Shown here in pieces: positions 1-8,875 of a stretch of 64,000 nucleotides of DNA. The stretch is from Candidatus Dojkabacteria bacterium (GTDB taxonomy: Bacteria; Patescibacteriota; Dojkabacteria; B142; OLB20), in NCBI GenBank assembly GCA_046753765.1, contig JBHHUN010000005.1:4430-68429 (forward strand), written 5' to 3'. The translations under genes were made by a program, and so were the position numbers. How positions within the stretch are numbered: position 1 is the stretch's first letter; each line of letters starts with the position of its first letter. The notes beneath the pieces are model-generated. The model had not been told where the DNA came from, made no database searches, and worked only from the letters and a program-made list of their open reading frames with translations.

Positions 1-46
1 CGCACTCTACTTCCTTGTTGTAAATACTGTAACCGATAAGAAAGAG

Positions 47-1954
47 TTGGCCAGAGTGTCGAAGCTTTGGATTGGTTCTGTGAGCCTGTTTGCGTTGTTT
101 GTAGTGTTGCAGTACTTCGGTCTCCTCAGCTGGCTATGGGAAGCTCTTAATTCGGGGGTAACAACAACAAATTACTCCGACGCATTTAATCCACTCGGTT
201 CAAACACTTTGACTCCGTTTGTGTTGTTGGCAACGCTTCCTCTGGTGCTGGGACAGCTCCTCGGAACTGACTCAACCAAGAAAAGAACTCTGCTGAGATT
301 TCTCGGAGGCACGAAGCTGTTCATTGTTGTTCTTGCTGTACTTCTGGCTGTTCAAAGAGCCGACAATTTGACTAAAGTATCGGCAATTGTTCTACTTGTT
401 CTGGTGTTAGGGGCGGCACTTTACGCATACCGTGAAAGAGTAAGAGTGTCTGTTGAAACCTCTGGGGGACTATTGTTGGCGGCCGCAGCATTTTTACTTG
501 TTTTCTTTATGCCAAGCTATGCGGGCAGTCTTAATGTGCCAGGGATCAATCACGATCCCATATTAGACAGCTCAATCGCCTGGGAGGTAACCTCAAGGGC
601 TCTTACTGCTGATGGTGTTAAAAGTTTTGCCTTTGGTTCTGGTCCTGAGACCTATGTCTATGATTTCACGAGACTTAAGCCGGTGGACTATAACAACAAC
701 GAGTTTTGGTCTGCAAGGTATTCCAACAACCCGATAGAGCTTCTTGATGTGTTTCAAGGCGTAGGCATAATTGGGGTTCTAGTGCTTCTGCTTTTGGCTT
801 ACAAGATCTTAAGGTTTGTTTTAAAACACTTTGGCTTTCCAGCGGTCAAACTGAGCAAGGGTAATGAAGAAATGTATCCATTTGCTCTATCGCTTAAGGT
901 TTCTCTGGTTGCGCTGTTAGTGACAAGTTTCTCTGTTGTTAACTGGGTGTTTCTGTTTCTGGCTTTGGCACTCATGATGAAGATGTTCTACCTTAACAAC
1001 TCTGCCGAGGCGAACGAAAACACTGTGGTACTCTCCTCAGCCAGGAAATCTAATGGTATTGACAGTGACGTTGTGTTTTTAGCGTTCAAGGTAGTTGTAG
1101 TTTTTGTGACCGGGGCAGGGGTGATACTTTTCCACAACTATTCCGCCGAAGTCTCTCTTAGAAATTCAATAAATTCACTTAGAGTAGGGGATTTTGATAC
1201 TGCGCTTTCTGAAGCCCGAAAGGCTGTAGACTTAGCGCCGAGTAAACCCCACCTTAGAAGAAATTTGGCACTTGTATCGCTACGGTCAACAGAGCCTGTT
1301 TTTGCACAGATCCAGCAGATGCAAGAGCAACCGACCCAGGAGGGACAGGAAGAGCAAGCCGCCCAGGACGTTCAGGCACAATTGCAATTTCTCTCCGCTC
1401 TGGTAAATCAATCTGTGAATGAAGTACAAAATGCAGTAAACCTGAACAGGTTCGATATAGAATCACAGGAGTCTTCTGCGCAGGTCTATGCTACAGCGCA
1501 TAACCTCTCTGGCGGAGCCCGATATGCAGAAGAAACACTAGTAGCCCTAAGAAACACTATTACAGTCGACCCCTTTAACCCCAACCACTATGTAAATCTG
1601 GGGCTGTTCCTGCAGAGTATTGGTAGAGACCAGGAGGCCGAAGCAGCGTTTATAAACGCCATACAATTAAGGCCAGATAATCCCCTTGCGGTTCTGGCTC
1701 TCGGATCTTTCCTCGAGTCGGCGGACCGACTGGATGAGGCGAGGCAGGTTTATGAAGTTACGCTTGGACTCGAAACAGTACAAGAGGGTTCTGCCTTTGC
1801 CAATGAGTTAAATGCCAGGCTGAAGACCCTCGGCCAAAATGGACTGAATCCTGACCAGGATGCGCTGCAAATTGGGGATGAGGGTGCCGGACAGGAGGAA
1901 GGCACGGAAGTCACTGCAACGCCTGACGGAGGCCAGGGGCCTATTAGCAACTAG
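47..1954 (+). CDS. O-antigen ligase-like (Wzy_C-type) polytopic membrane protein with C-terminal TPR repeats; reading frame is open to position 2, so probably 5'-truncated by the window edge
   Basis: Multiple TM helices, a GSGPETY-like glycine motif, and C-terminal TPR-like helices (HYVNLGLFLQSIGRDQEAEAAFINAIQLRPDNPLAVLALGSFL). No in-frame stop between positions 2 and 47. Confidence 0.5.
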   Translation: MARVSKLWIGSVSLFALFVVLQYFGLLSWLWEALNSGVTTTNYSDAFNPLGSNTLTPFVLLATLPLVLGQLLGTDSTKKRTLLRFLGGTKLFIVVLAVLLAVQRADNLTKVSAIVLLVLVLGAALYAYRERVRVSVETSGGLLLAAAAFLLVFFMPSYAGSLNVPGINHDPILDSSIAWEVTSRALTADGVKSFAFGSGPETYVYDFTRLKPVDYNNNEFWSARYSNNPIELLDVFQGVGIIGVLVLLLLAYKILRFVLKHFGFPAVKLSKGNEEMYPFALSLKVSLVALLVTSFSVVNWVFLFLALALMMKMFYLNNSAEANENTVVLSSARKSNGIDSDVVFLAFKVVVVFVTGAGVILFHNYSAEVSLRNSINSLRVGDFDTALSEARKAVDLAPSKPHLRRNLALVSLRSTEPVFAQIQQMQEQPTQEGQEEQAAQDVQAQLQFLSALVNQSVNEVQNAVNLNRFDIESQESSAQVYATAHNLSGGARYAEETLVALRNTITVDPFNPNHYVNLGLFLQSIGRDQEAEAAFINAIQLRPDNPLAVLALGSFLESADRLDEARQVYEVTLGLETVQEGSAFANELNARLKTLGQNGLNPDQDALQIGDEGAGQEEGTEVTATPDGGQGPISN

Positions 1955-2559
1955 AAGGCGTTTTTTCCATAAAGTTTGTTAACTTCTTTCCAGTTGAGGT
2001 TGCCTATATACGCATCTACATATGAACCCCTGTCGGGACCATAATCTTTGTAGTAGGCGTGTTCAAATACATCAAGTGCAATCAAGGGAACGGCTCCCCA
2101 GACAGCCCCATCGTGATGGAGGTCGCACAAGTAGTTCTCGAGCCGGCCTGTTATCGGGTTACCCGCAAGGATTGCCCAGCCGAGTGAAGCCATAGCGGTT
2201 GCCTTGAAATCCTGCACCCAGTTTTTCATCGATCCAAAATCCTCTGTGATCTTGTTAACTACAGGCAATGTCATATCTGCTTTACCGTCACCACCCATAT
2301 TTGCCCAGTAGATATTGTGCAGGATTATGCCGGAGAGGTTGAATGATTGCCGGCGTTTCAGTTCGCCGTACTGTGAGTAGTTTGCATTCGAGGCTTCTGT
2401 GTCTGCATCTGGAAGGGCATCTTCAATCTCATTAGCCTTCTTTACGTAACCTGCATGGTGCTTATCGTGATGCCACTCTACAACTTGCTTCGAGAGAACA
2501 TCTTTTACCTCATCAGGGTCATACGGTAACGTAGGAAGGGAGTAGGTCAGGTCAGCCAT
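1951..2559 (-). CDS. Fe/Mn superoxide dismutase
   Basis: N-terminal metal-ligand region HHDKHHAGYVKKAN and C-terminal signature DVFEHAYY; length 202 aa is typical. Confidence 0.9.
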   Translation of the reverse strand: MADLTYSLPTLPYDPDEVKDVLSKQVVEWHHDKHHAGYVKKANEIEDALPDADTEASNANYSQYGELKRRQSFNLSGIILHNIYWANMGGDGKADMTLPVVNKITEDFGSMKNWVQDFKATAMASLGWAILAGNPITGRLENYLCDLHHDGAVWGAVPLIALDVFEHAYYKDYGPDRGSYVDAYIGNLNWKEVNKLYGKNAF

Positions 2560-2605
2560 TGTTTTTAATTTAAAAAATTAGTACTACACAATACTAGCAC
2601 CCACC

Positions 2606-3241
2606 CTAGGGATTTTTCAAAAAGAAATTAGCAAGAAGCTGATTAAGTTGATTGATGTCGTCTTTTAGCACTTCTTCTGCCTCAGGGTTAACTCGCATAA
2701 ATATGTTTCCGTTCAATGCTGAGTAGGTCAGTTCGATGAGCTCACCGTGGCGAGCAGTCTCTCGTCGTAAATAGTAGCGCAGTGTGCCTGCAGAGCTTTT
2801 TAATTCCGTTGGACCAAGTAAACTGAATCCATGGAGACACATGTATTCAACTGCATTTTTAAACTCTTCAAGCTCAATAGCTCGGTTGATTCTAAGTGTC
2901 GGTTTAATCTTTCTCTCTCTGTCGATTCCCGACTTGAGTTTTTCGATTATGCCGCCCAAATTTTCCAGGAACTGTTTTTGTGGCAGAAGGTAGGTGAAAG
3001 ACCCTTTTCGTTCAGCCCTAACAAGGCCAGCCTGCTTTAGCTTTGAAACATGATGAGAAACCGTCGCCTGTGAGAGCTCGACTGACTTAGAGATAGAACT
3101 CACCGTGTTTTCAGCAAGAATGGGCTCTTCGTCGGTATCGTAGTATGAGGACTGAGAAAGAATTTTCATGAAGATCTTGAATCGGGTGGGATTAGAGAGC
3201 GCCTTCAGGTGACGCACAGAGCGGGCGATATCTATCTGCAT
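2606..3241 (-). CDS. ArsR-family winged-helix transcriptional regulator with ~110-aa C-terminal extension of unknown function
   Basis: HTH region LKALSNPTRFKIFMKIL ... LSQATVSHHVSKLKQAGLVRAERKG matches the ArsR/SmtB architecture. Confidence 0.6.
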   Translation of the reverse strand: MQIDIARSVRHLKALSNPTRFKIFMKILSQSSYYDTDEEPILAENTVSSISKSVELSQATVSHHVSKLKQAGLVRAERKGSFTYLLPQKQFLENLGGIIEKLKSGIDRERKIKPTLRINRAIELEEFKNAVEYMCLHGFSLLGPTELKSSAGTLRYYLRRETARHGELIELTYSALNGNIFMRVNPEAEEVLKDDINQLNQLLANFFLKNP

Positions 3242-3855
3242 TACTTGCCGAATCTTCTGATTAAAGTTACCAGGGCGCCAACAACACTGGCGTCTTTCAG
3301 GACACCAGTCGAGCTGCTTTCGCTCAGATCAAGAAAGGAGGGTTTTCCCTTTTCAAACTGGAACCTTTTAATGGCGGTGGTGGTTTTAGAAAGTTGGACT
3401 GTGACTATGTCTCCGTGCTCGGCCATCTTATTATCAACGAAGAGCAGCAGATCGTCCTCAAATATCTGATGTTCCCCCAGATCATCTGCTTCATTGATCA
3501 GGCCGAAGTAGCGACCCTCTTCACCAAGGAGCTCTCGATGAAGATGTGTGCTCTGAAATTTGTTGGATTTTAGAATTGAGTGGTTGCTGGTTACAGTCCC
3601 AAGGATGGGGATCTCAACTATCTCATTACTCTCAAGTGTCGGGTCTACAATGCGCATACTGCGGGCTTGGTTGATTTCTTTGTAAAGATATCCCTTCTCT
3701 TTGAGGTTTTGGATGTGCTCGTGGACTGTTGAGATCGCAGAAAGATTGAAATGTCTCTTGATATCCATTAGCGATGGTGCGTAACCCTGAATTTCACTGA
3801 ATACCTTAATGTAGTCGAGTACTTCTTTTTGTCGCTTTGTCAGAGTAGGGTACAT
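3241..3855 (-). CDS. LexA-like repressor (N-terminal LexA DNA-binding domain + S24-like C-terminal domain), apparently lacking autocleavage residues
   Basis: N-terminus LTKRQKEVLDYIKVFSEIQGYAPSLMDIKRHFNLSAISTVHEHIQNLKEKGYL follows the LexA wHTH pattern. C-terminus aligns by eye to the S24 fold (retains the KR of VTVKRL as AIKRF), but GLIN replaces the Ser-containing GMSM/GDSM and no Ala-Gly site is present. Confidence 0.55.
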   Translation of the reverse strand: MYPTLTKRQKEVLDYIKVFSEIQGYAPSLMDIKRHFNLSAISTVHEHIQNLKEKGYLYKEINQARSMRIVDPTLESNEIVEIPILGTVTSNHSILKSNKFQSTHLHRELLGEEGRYFGLINEADDLGEHQIFEDDLLLFVDNKMAEHGDIVTVQLSKTTTAIKRFQFEKGKPSFLDLSESSSTGVLKDASVVGALVTLIRRFGK

Positions 3856-3900
3856 GAGATTATTATAACCGAAGGTTGACCGAAATAGCGAATAAAGTGG

Positions 3901-4896
3901 CTAGTTTTTTACAATTTTCCCGTTAATGATCTCCCACCGCGTAGTTGTGGACCTTAACTGCACAACCTTACCATTTATTGTAACTTTAGTTGTATCCGGG
4001 CGCGGTGTAAATACAATCAGTATTGCTGCGCTGTCAAATTCGAAGGATTCCCCCGGTTGGAATGTCTGTGCCTCTACAAGCTCACCATTTATTGTGATCT
4101 CGATGTACGCCTCTCGGTCAGAGATATCTACGCTTCCCTTCATTACGCGTACAACGTCAGGTGTGGAGGTGGGATCGGTGTCGGACCCGTTTTCTCCGGC
4201 AACATCTGCAGAAGCTTCCGGCTCCCTGAATATATTTAGTGTTAGTTCAGACTCCCTTCCAAATTGACTCTCTGCAATAAGTAGAAACTTGTTAAGCCCG
4301 TTTTGTAGCTCAAACTTTTCAGCGAAACGCTCGAAATTATTTGTTTGCAGCTCCTGCCCGTTGATAGTCAGCACAGCTCCGACTTCGACTTCGCCTTCAA
4401 TAAGTATCGAATCGTCTTCGGTTTTGATTGTCTCTTCCCCACCAGCTTCCAGGGCGATGGGCGTCGAGACGGTCAGAGTCGGTTCTTTAAAGATCCTGCC
4501 GATATAAGAGCCGATGTAGACAACTGTGAGAAGTAATGCTCCAATAAGCACCAGGGCGATTATTCTTCCGGGGGTGATAGTGAGATTTAGGTTTCTATCT
4601 ATAATCTTTTGGGACATCGAGATTACCGGTTCTTTGTTTTTGTAGTCACGCTCTCGTCTGTACATTGCAAGGGCACGCTCAATATTAACACTCAGAAACT
4701 TCGCGTAGTTTTTAAGAAATCCTTTTAGATAAACCTCTGAAGGAAAAACATCAAAATTGCCTTCCTCGAGTGCCTTCAGATATTCTGACCTGATCTTTGT
4801 GATCTCAGAGATCTGACTAAGCGAGAGTTTGCGCTCTCTTCGGCGCTCTTTAAGCAAATGCCCAATTGTTCTAAGTTGAAATGATGCGTTAACCAT
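3901..4896 (-). CDS. rodZ: RodZ-like cytoskeleton/cell-shape protein (HTH XRE domain, single TM, C-terminal domain)
   Basis: N-terminus LGHLLKERRRERKLSLSQISEITKIRSEYLKALEEGNFDVFPSEVYLKGFLKNYAKFL is the characteristic RodZ HTH; a TM segment IIALVLIGALLLTVVYIGSYIG follows. Confidence 0.65.
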   Translation of the reverse strand: MVNASFQLRTIGHLLKERRRERKLSLSQISEITKIRSEYLKALEEGNFDVFPSEVYLKGFLKNYAKFLSVNIERALAMYRRERDYKNKEPVISMSQKIIDRNLNLTITPGRIIALVLIGALLLTVVYIGSYIGRIFKEPTLTVSTPIALEAGGEETIKTEDDSILIEGEVEVGAVLTINGQELQTNNFERFAEKFELQNGLNKFLLIAESQFGRESELTLNIFREPEASADVAGENGSDTDPTSTPDVVRVMKGSVDISDREAYIEITINGELVEAQTFQPGESFEFDSAAILIVFTPRPDTTKVTINGKVVQLRSTTTRWEIINGKIVKN

Positions 4897-5034
4897 AGTG
4901 AAAAACAGAAGGCGGCGTGCAGTTCATAGGAAATTATAGCACCTCCGTATCAATACTGTGAAAGCCAGCTGTTGCCGTTGAAGAAATCGCGAACTTGATG
5001 AACTGTTCTGTAAACCGAAGGAGAAGCCTCCTGT

Positions 5035-5194
5035 GGACAGAGGACGCCCCGAGGTATGGCAGTTAAAGGTCTGAGCGCTAAGGTTAAGATTTCCTACTGC
5101 GATCTGCCCCGACTTTCGCTTTGCGCTGGTAGAAATCCAGATGCTTTCTGATAATGAAATTAGACGGAGTCCGATAGCTCGGTTTGTCCTTTTT
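5035..5194 (+). ncRNA. Candidate structured small RNA or long structured leader (strand uncertain) in a 414-bp gene-free gap
   Basis: The 5' end ggacagaggacgccccgag can pair with the 3' end ctcggtttgtcc (two 5-bp helices). A TTTTT tract follows immediately at 5190-5194. No ORF longer than 60 aa is present, and the flanking genes are both on the minus strand. Confidence 0.25.
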
Positions 5195-5310
5195 CGTTAT
5201 CTTTCGATAGCGATTCTGCATATTTTATTAAAGTACTACCTCTTTAAAACGGAAAACTTCGACACCGTTACATTAAAAGTTCAGAGAAGGTCTAACTAAA
5301 GGGGGAAGGG

Positions 5311-6270
5311 CTAGCTCCCTCTATGATCGGTGCACCCCGAGAAAGTGAAGGCGTATGCTTGAAAGTTACCACTCAAAGCTCTAATCCCGAGAGTTCCCCT
5401 AACTAGTTCGCTAGCCCTGATTAGGTTGTACATTGCGGGCTTTGAAACCATCAGTTGGCTGTGTTCATCAACGGTCTCTCCGCGGAATTTTTTAGGCAGT
5501 GGCTCGTCGTCAAGCGTCAGTTCTATCCTGCTGCTTCCATTGGTTGGATGAAGAACAAGATTTACTTCTGTGGCTTTGAAGTTTAAGAGTAGTTGGTTGT
5601 CTTCTCCAACAGACTGGACGTACTGTTTATTTGCAATAAATTTACCCGAAAGGGCGATTGTGTCATTGTCAATTTCCTCAGGGGCTTCGTAGGAATGCTC
5701 TGTGTCTTGCGCGTAATCCTGCCCGGAAGTGAGTCGTCCTCGACCATATCCAATATAGGTTTCTGGTGTTGCCGGAAAACAAAATGAGCCATGCTGGTGC
5801 TCTTCGATTTCCAGGTCTTCCTTTGTGGATTCTCCCTCCACCTCCCCTAAAAGCTCAATAATCTTTTTCTCGGTTTCTTTGTAGGAGCCTTCACCAAAGT
5901 GTTGGTAGACAATGTGTCCGTCTCTGTCTGCAAGGTACTTAGCTGGCCAGTATCGGTTGGCAAAATTATTCCAATTTGTGAAATCATTATCGAGCACCAC
6001 GGGCCATGTCACACCGAGATCGCGGACCGCCTGTTTGACATTATCCAGCTTTTTCTCAAATTCAAATTCAGGCGAATGGATGCCGATGATGACGAGTCCT
6101 GTATCTTTGTACTTCTCCCACCACCTGCGAATAAATGGGATCGTCCGTGCGCAGTTAACGCATGTATACGTCCAGAAATCAACAAGAACAACCTTTCCAA
6201 GAAGGTCGTGATGGCTTAGCGGCTTTGAGTTAAGCCATGTGTCTCCTGAGATTGCCGGTAGGTTGACCAT
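5311..6270 (-). CDS. Thioredoxin-fold thiol-disulfide oxidoreductase (DipZ C-terminal-domain-like) with extra C-terminal beta-rich domain
   Basis: CxxC in the context LVDFWTYTCVNCARTIPFI, matching the redoxin/TlpA fold. A ~150-aa C-terminal extension follows, as in the DipZ C-terminal region. Confidence 0.65.
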   Translation of the reverse strand: MVNLPAISGDTWLNSKPLSHHDLLGKVVLVDFWTYTCVNCARTIPFIRRWWEKYKDTGLVIIGIHSPEFEFEKKLDNVKQAVRDLGVTWPVVLDNDFTNWNNFANRYWPAKYLADRDGHIVYQHFGEGSYKETEKKIIELLGEVEGESTKEDLEIEEHQHGSFCFPATPETYIGYGRGRLTSGQDYAQDTEHSYEAPEEIDNDTIALSGKFIANKQYVQSVGEDNQLLLNFKATEVNLVLHPTNGSSRIELTLDDEPLPKKFRGETVDEHSQLMVSKPAMYNLIRASELVRGTLGIRALSGNFQAYAFTFSGCTDHRGS

Positions 6271-6328
6271 AGTTTATTCGCGACGTGATCTATCTAGGTT
6301 ATTGTAGCAGAAATCTGCTATCTGGGGA

Positions 6329-7057
6329 TTACCTTTTTGTAGATTGCATGGTTGCAACGAATTCAGGTACAAGAGCTTCAAGATCGCGAGATGTGACCGA
6401 GCTTCTTTCGATGGATCTGTAAGCGTTGAGTGCAGCTTCTAAGAATTGACGAGTGAACATTTTTTTCTCGCCATTTAGCAGCGCAATTGAATAAAGATTA
6501 ACAGCATTGATCAGTATGGTCCCTGGGTGATGCCAGGTGAACTCCGACACCGTTCCGTCTTCATTTGGGGACTGGAAAGCTACGTGGATAGGGCCACCGA
6601 TGTACAGTGTTCTCCAGATCGGTTGAACGACCTGACCTATTTCGGTGGTTGTCATAATTGGTATGCTCCCAGGCCTATGGTTCCGCGTAAGATCAATCTC
6701 CGATGTCAAAAGAACTCCGCCTTGCATTGGAATATTTCGCAAAGCCGCATTAATTGGGTCTACGTTATTGGCGTAGAATGCCCTTGTTGATTCGTCTGTA
6801 AATCCTTCAGGCAGACGGCTATGACTAAGTGCTGTGGTTGTTATCTCGCCAACTAAGTCAAGCGCTGCCTGATTATATATTTCAATCAGCTTGTATAGGC
6901 CTTTTTTAGTAACCTGATGGAGAACCCGCTGCATTATTCTCTGGTGAGGGAGCAGCTGCCTTGTCTCTCTGGTCACTCCATACACAGGTTCAGGACAAAT
7001 GCCCATCGATCCTAGTACATAAGGGATAGCGAGATCTGCTTCGTGGGTCGTATTCAT
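6329..7057 (-). CDS. Hypothetical protein (no motif recognised); likely co-transcribed between the PEBP and redoxin genes
   Basis: 242-aa ORF on the minus strand with gaps of only 14 and 58 bp to its neighbours. No TM helices and no recognisable motif. Confidence 0.4.
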   Translation of the reverse strand: MNTTHEADLAIPYVLGSMGICPEPVYGVTRETRQLLPHQRIMQRVLHQVTKKGLYKLIEIYNQAALDLVGEITTTALSHSRLPEGFTDESTRAFYANNVDPINAALRNIPMQGGVLLTSEIDLTRNHRPGSIPIMTTTEIGQVVQPIWRTLYIGGPIHVAFQSPNEDGTVSEFTWHHPGTILINAVNLYSIALLNGEKKMFTRQFLEAALNAYRSIERSSVTSRDLEALVPEFVATMQSTKR

Positions 7058-7071
7058 ATTACGCAGATAGC

Positions 7072-7665
7072 TTACCGGGAATACAACCCAATCAACTCAC
7101 TTTGAGCTAGAGTGTGTCCAACCATTGCCTCCAGCAGGTCAGTCTTTTTGACTGACGAGGGGAGATTTAGGTTTGTATCAAGGGCATACAGTTTAAATAC
7201 GTATCTATGTGTACCGCTTGGTGGGCAGGGACCACCGTAGCCGGCCGATCCGAAGCTGGTTGTCCCCTGGGTAGCCTCTGATGGAAAACTGTTCTCATCG
7301 ATTTGGACTGTCGCAGGGTCAATGTCCCAAAGTAACCAGTGCACCCAGTCTCCACCAGGAGCATCAGGGTCGTCTACAATTAATACAAGCGAAACGGCTT
7401 CTCCTAGCACGTCCGAAAAGGCGAGCGGGGGATTGATGTTCTCCCCGTCACAGCTGTACTTCACAGGGATCGGTTGATTATCTTCAAAGACTGTACTGGT
7501 GATCTTCATCTCACTGGGTACTGAAGTAATAATAGGGGTTGGGCTACCATTGCCGTTAAATTGCAGATCTCTTTCGTCCCGCCCAGCTTTTTGCAGCAAT
7601 CCAAGAAAAATGGCAATTCCCGCAATTATCAGGATGGCAACGATGATAAGGATTACCTTTCTCAT
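7072..7665 (-). CDS. PEBP-family protein (YbhB/YbcL, Raf-kinase-inhibitor-like), membrane-anchored/secreted
   Basis: Signatures DDPDAPGGDWVHW and GGPCPPSGTHRYVFKLYALD; N-terminal TM helix. Confidence 0.85.
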   Translation of the reverse strand: MRKVILIIVAILIIAGIAIFLGLLQKAGRDERDLQFNGNGSPTPIITSVPSEMKITSTVFEDNQPIPVKYSCDGENINPPLAFSDVLGEAVSLVLIVDDPDAPGGDWVHWLLWDIDPATVQIDENSFPSEATQGTTSFGSAGYGGPCPPSGTHRYVFKLYALDTNLNLPSSVKKTDLLEAMVGHTLAQSELIGLYSR

Positions 7666-7759
7666 GGTTGTATTGTAGCGAAAAAAAGGTTTGTAGGTAA
7701 AGGGGAAATAGTGAGAGTGTGCTACAATGGGCTTATATAATACTTATATATAGATCTAC

Positions 7760-8113
7760 ATGGGAGACGAACAACCAAGCAAACTCCAACCAGGTACTAA
7801 TCTAAATAACTTGATGACCGCCCTTATGACCCAGGGGGACCCAGGCGATAACATCACTCTTGCTTACGAACAAGGCCGTTACAATCCTTGGCCCACTAAG
7901 GTAGAGTATATCCCTGGTGTTGACACGAGTATGTATTATCCTCTAAAGATACCAGTAAGCCTTTTGGATACAAATAAGTCCACAAGAGGTGGCGGGGCAG
8001 TGAGGTTTGACCCCAAGAATTTACAGCCAAATGATCGACTAAGGGTGAGACAGATCCCGCTACGAATAAAGTTTTCAGGTGGAGAACTACCCTATGTGGT
8101 TCAGGTTATATGA
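7760..8113 (+). CDS. Hypothetical protein; may be one gene with the overlapping 8079-8342 ORF, split by a frameshift
   Basis: 117-aa ORF with no motif. The next ORF overlaps by 35 nt in another frame on the same strand. Confidence 0.3.
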   Translation: MGDEQPSKLQPGTNLNNLMTALMTQGDPGDNITLAYEQGRYNPWPTKVEYIPGVDTSMYYPLKIPVSLLDTNKSTRGGGAVRFDPKNLQPNDRLRVRQIPLRIKFSGGELPYVVQVI

Positions 8114-8342
8114 AATCCACGAAGACCAACATCCTGCAGGGAGGTTTACGAGCAATTTTGATGGTGCACAACAAATGAAAATCAAACAATTCGAACTGAA
8201 TCATGGTCATTTAAACGGGGCTGTGGCTCCCTCAGGCGGACCAATTAATATTCAATATATGGCTGCACAATTAAGGCAAAAAGGAAGGGCCAACATAACC
8301 GATAGGTCTTTTGGCGTACTTATCCCTGAGATGGAACTGTAA
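8079..8342 (+). CDS. Hypothetical protein (possible downstream half of a frameshifted gene)
   Basis: 87-aa ORF overlapping the previous ORF on the same strand. Confidence 0.25.
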   Translation: MENYPMWFRLYEIHEDQHPAGRFTSNFDGAQQMKIKQFELNHGHLNGAVAPSGGPINIQYMAAQLRQKGRANITDRSFGVLIPEMEL

Positions 8343-8383
8343 AGACATGAGGGCCTGATAGTGGTAGGGTAAAATACTAAACC

Positions 8384-8845
8384 ATGGCAACGACACCTGA
8401 AGACTCCCCACAACAAGACCCGCTCAAAGTCCAGGCAACCACTATTGTCTACGCAATATTGGCTGCAGCAAAAGGACGAAGGCTATATGAGGTTACTGAC
8501 ACACGCATGAACACACTTAATTACTTCCAAAGTAGAATTAAAGGTGATTGTACACTTGCTCAAAACAGGGGATGGATCAAAGAAGAAGACTGGGATGGTG
8601 TTTTTGTGAGCCAGGTAGATCAAAGATTTCTCTCAGGACCACAAACAAGGGCTGCCTTGGCAATTATGAAACGAAGATGGTTTGAAAATTCAGTCATTAG
8701 GAGAAGACAAATAAACGAAGGGCTGGTAAGGGCAGATCTTTATGATACCGCACTCGAAATGATCAGTTCCCTGAACGGTGGGCACGATTTTAGCTTGGAA
8801 GAGGATCTTCTCACTGATCAATTTTACGCGACACTTGAACCATGA
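8384..8845 (+). CDS. Hypothetical soluble protein
   Basis: 153-aa ORF, no TM helices, no recognisable motif. Confidence 0.35.
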   Translation: MATTPEDSPQQDPLKVQATTIVYAILAAAKGRRLYEVTDTRMNTLNYFQSRIKGDCTLAQNRGWIKEEDWDGVFVSQVDQRFLSGPQTRAALAIMKRRWFENSVIRRRQINEGLVRADLYDTALEMISSLNGGHDFSLEEDLLTDQFYATLEP

Positions 8846-8875
8846 TAGGCCCAGTCAGCTCCTGAAAAGGTGTGA

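Noticed and set aside
1254-1950. Short antisense ORFs inside the ligase/TPR gene (1254-1466, 1750-1950)
   Set aside because: They are fully embedded in a longer, well-supported ORF on the opposite strand, have low complexity and no motifs, and are typical of spurious six-frame ORFs.
5100-5125. Partial similarity (ccccgactttcg) to the reverse complement of the RNase P RNA P4 motif GGAAAGUCCGGG
   Set aside because: Only 10 of 12 positions match, and the complementary P4 3' strand (ACAGAAcCCGGCUUA) could not be found at the expected position. Insufficient to call RNase P RNA.
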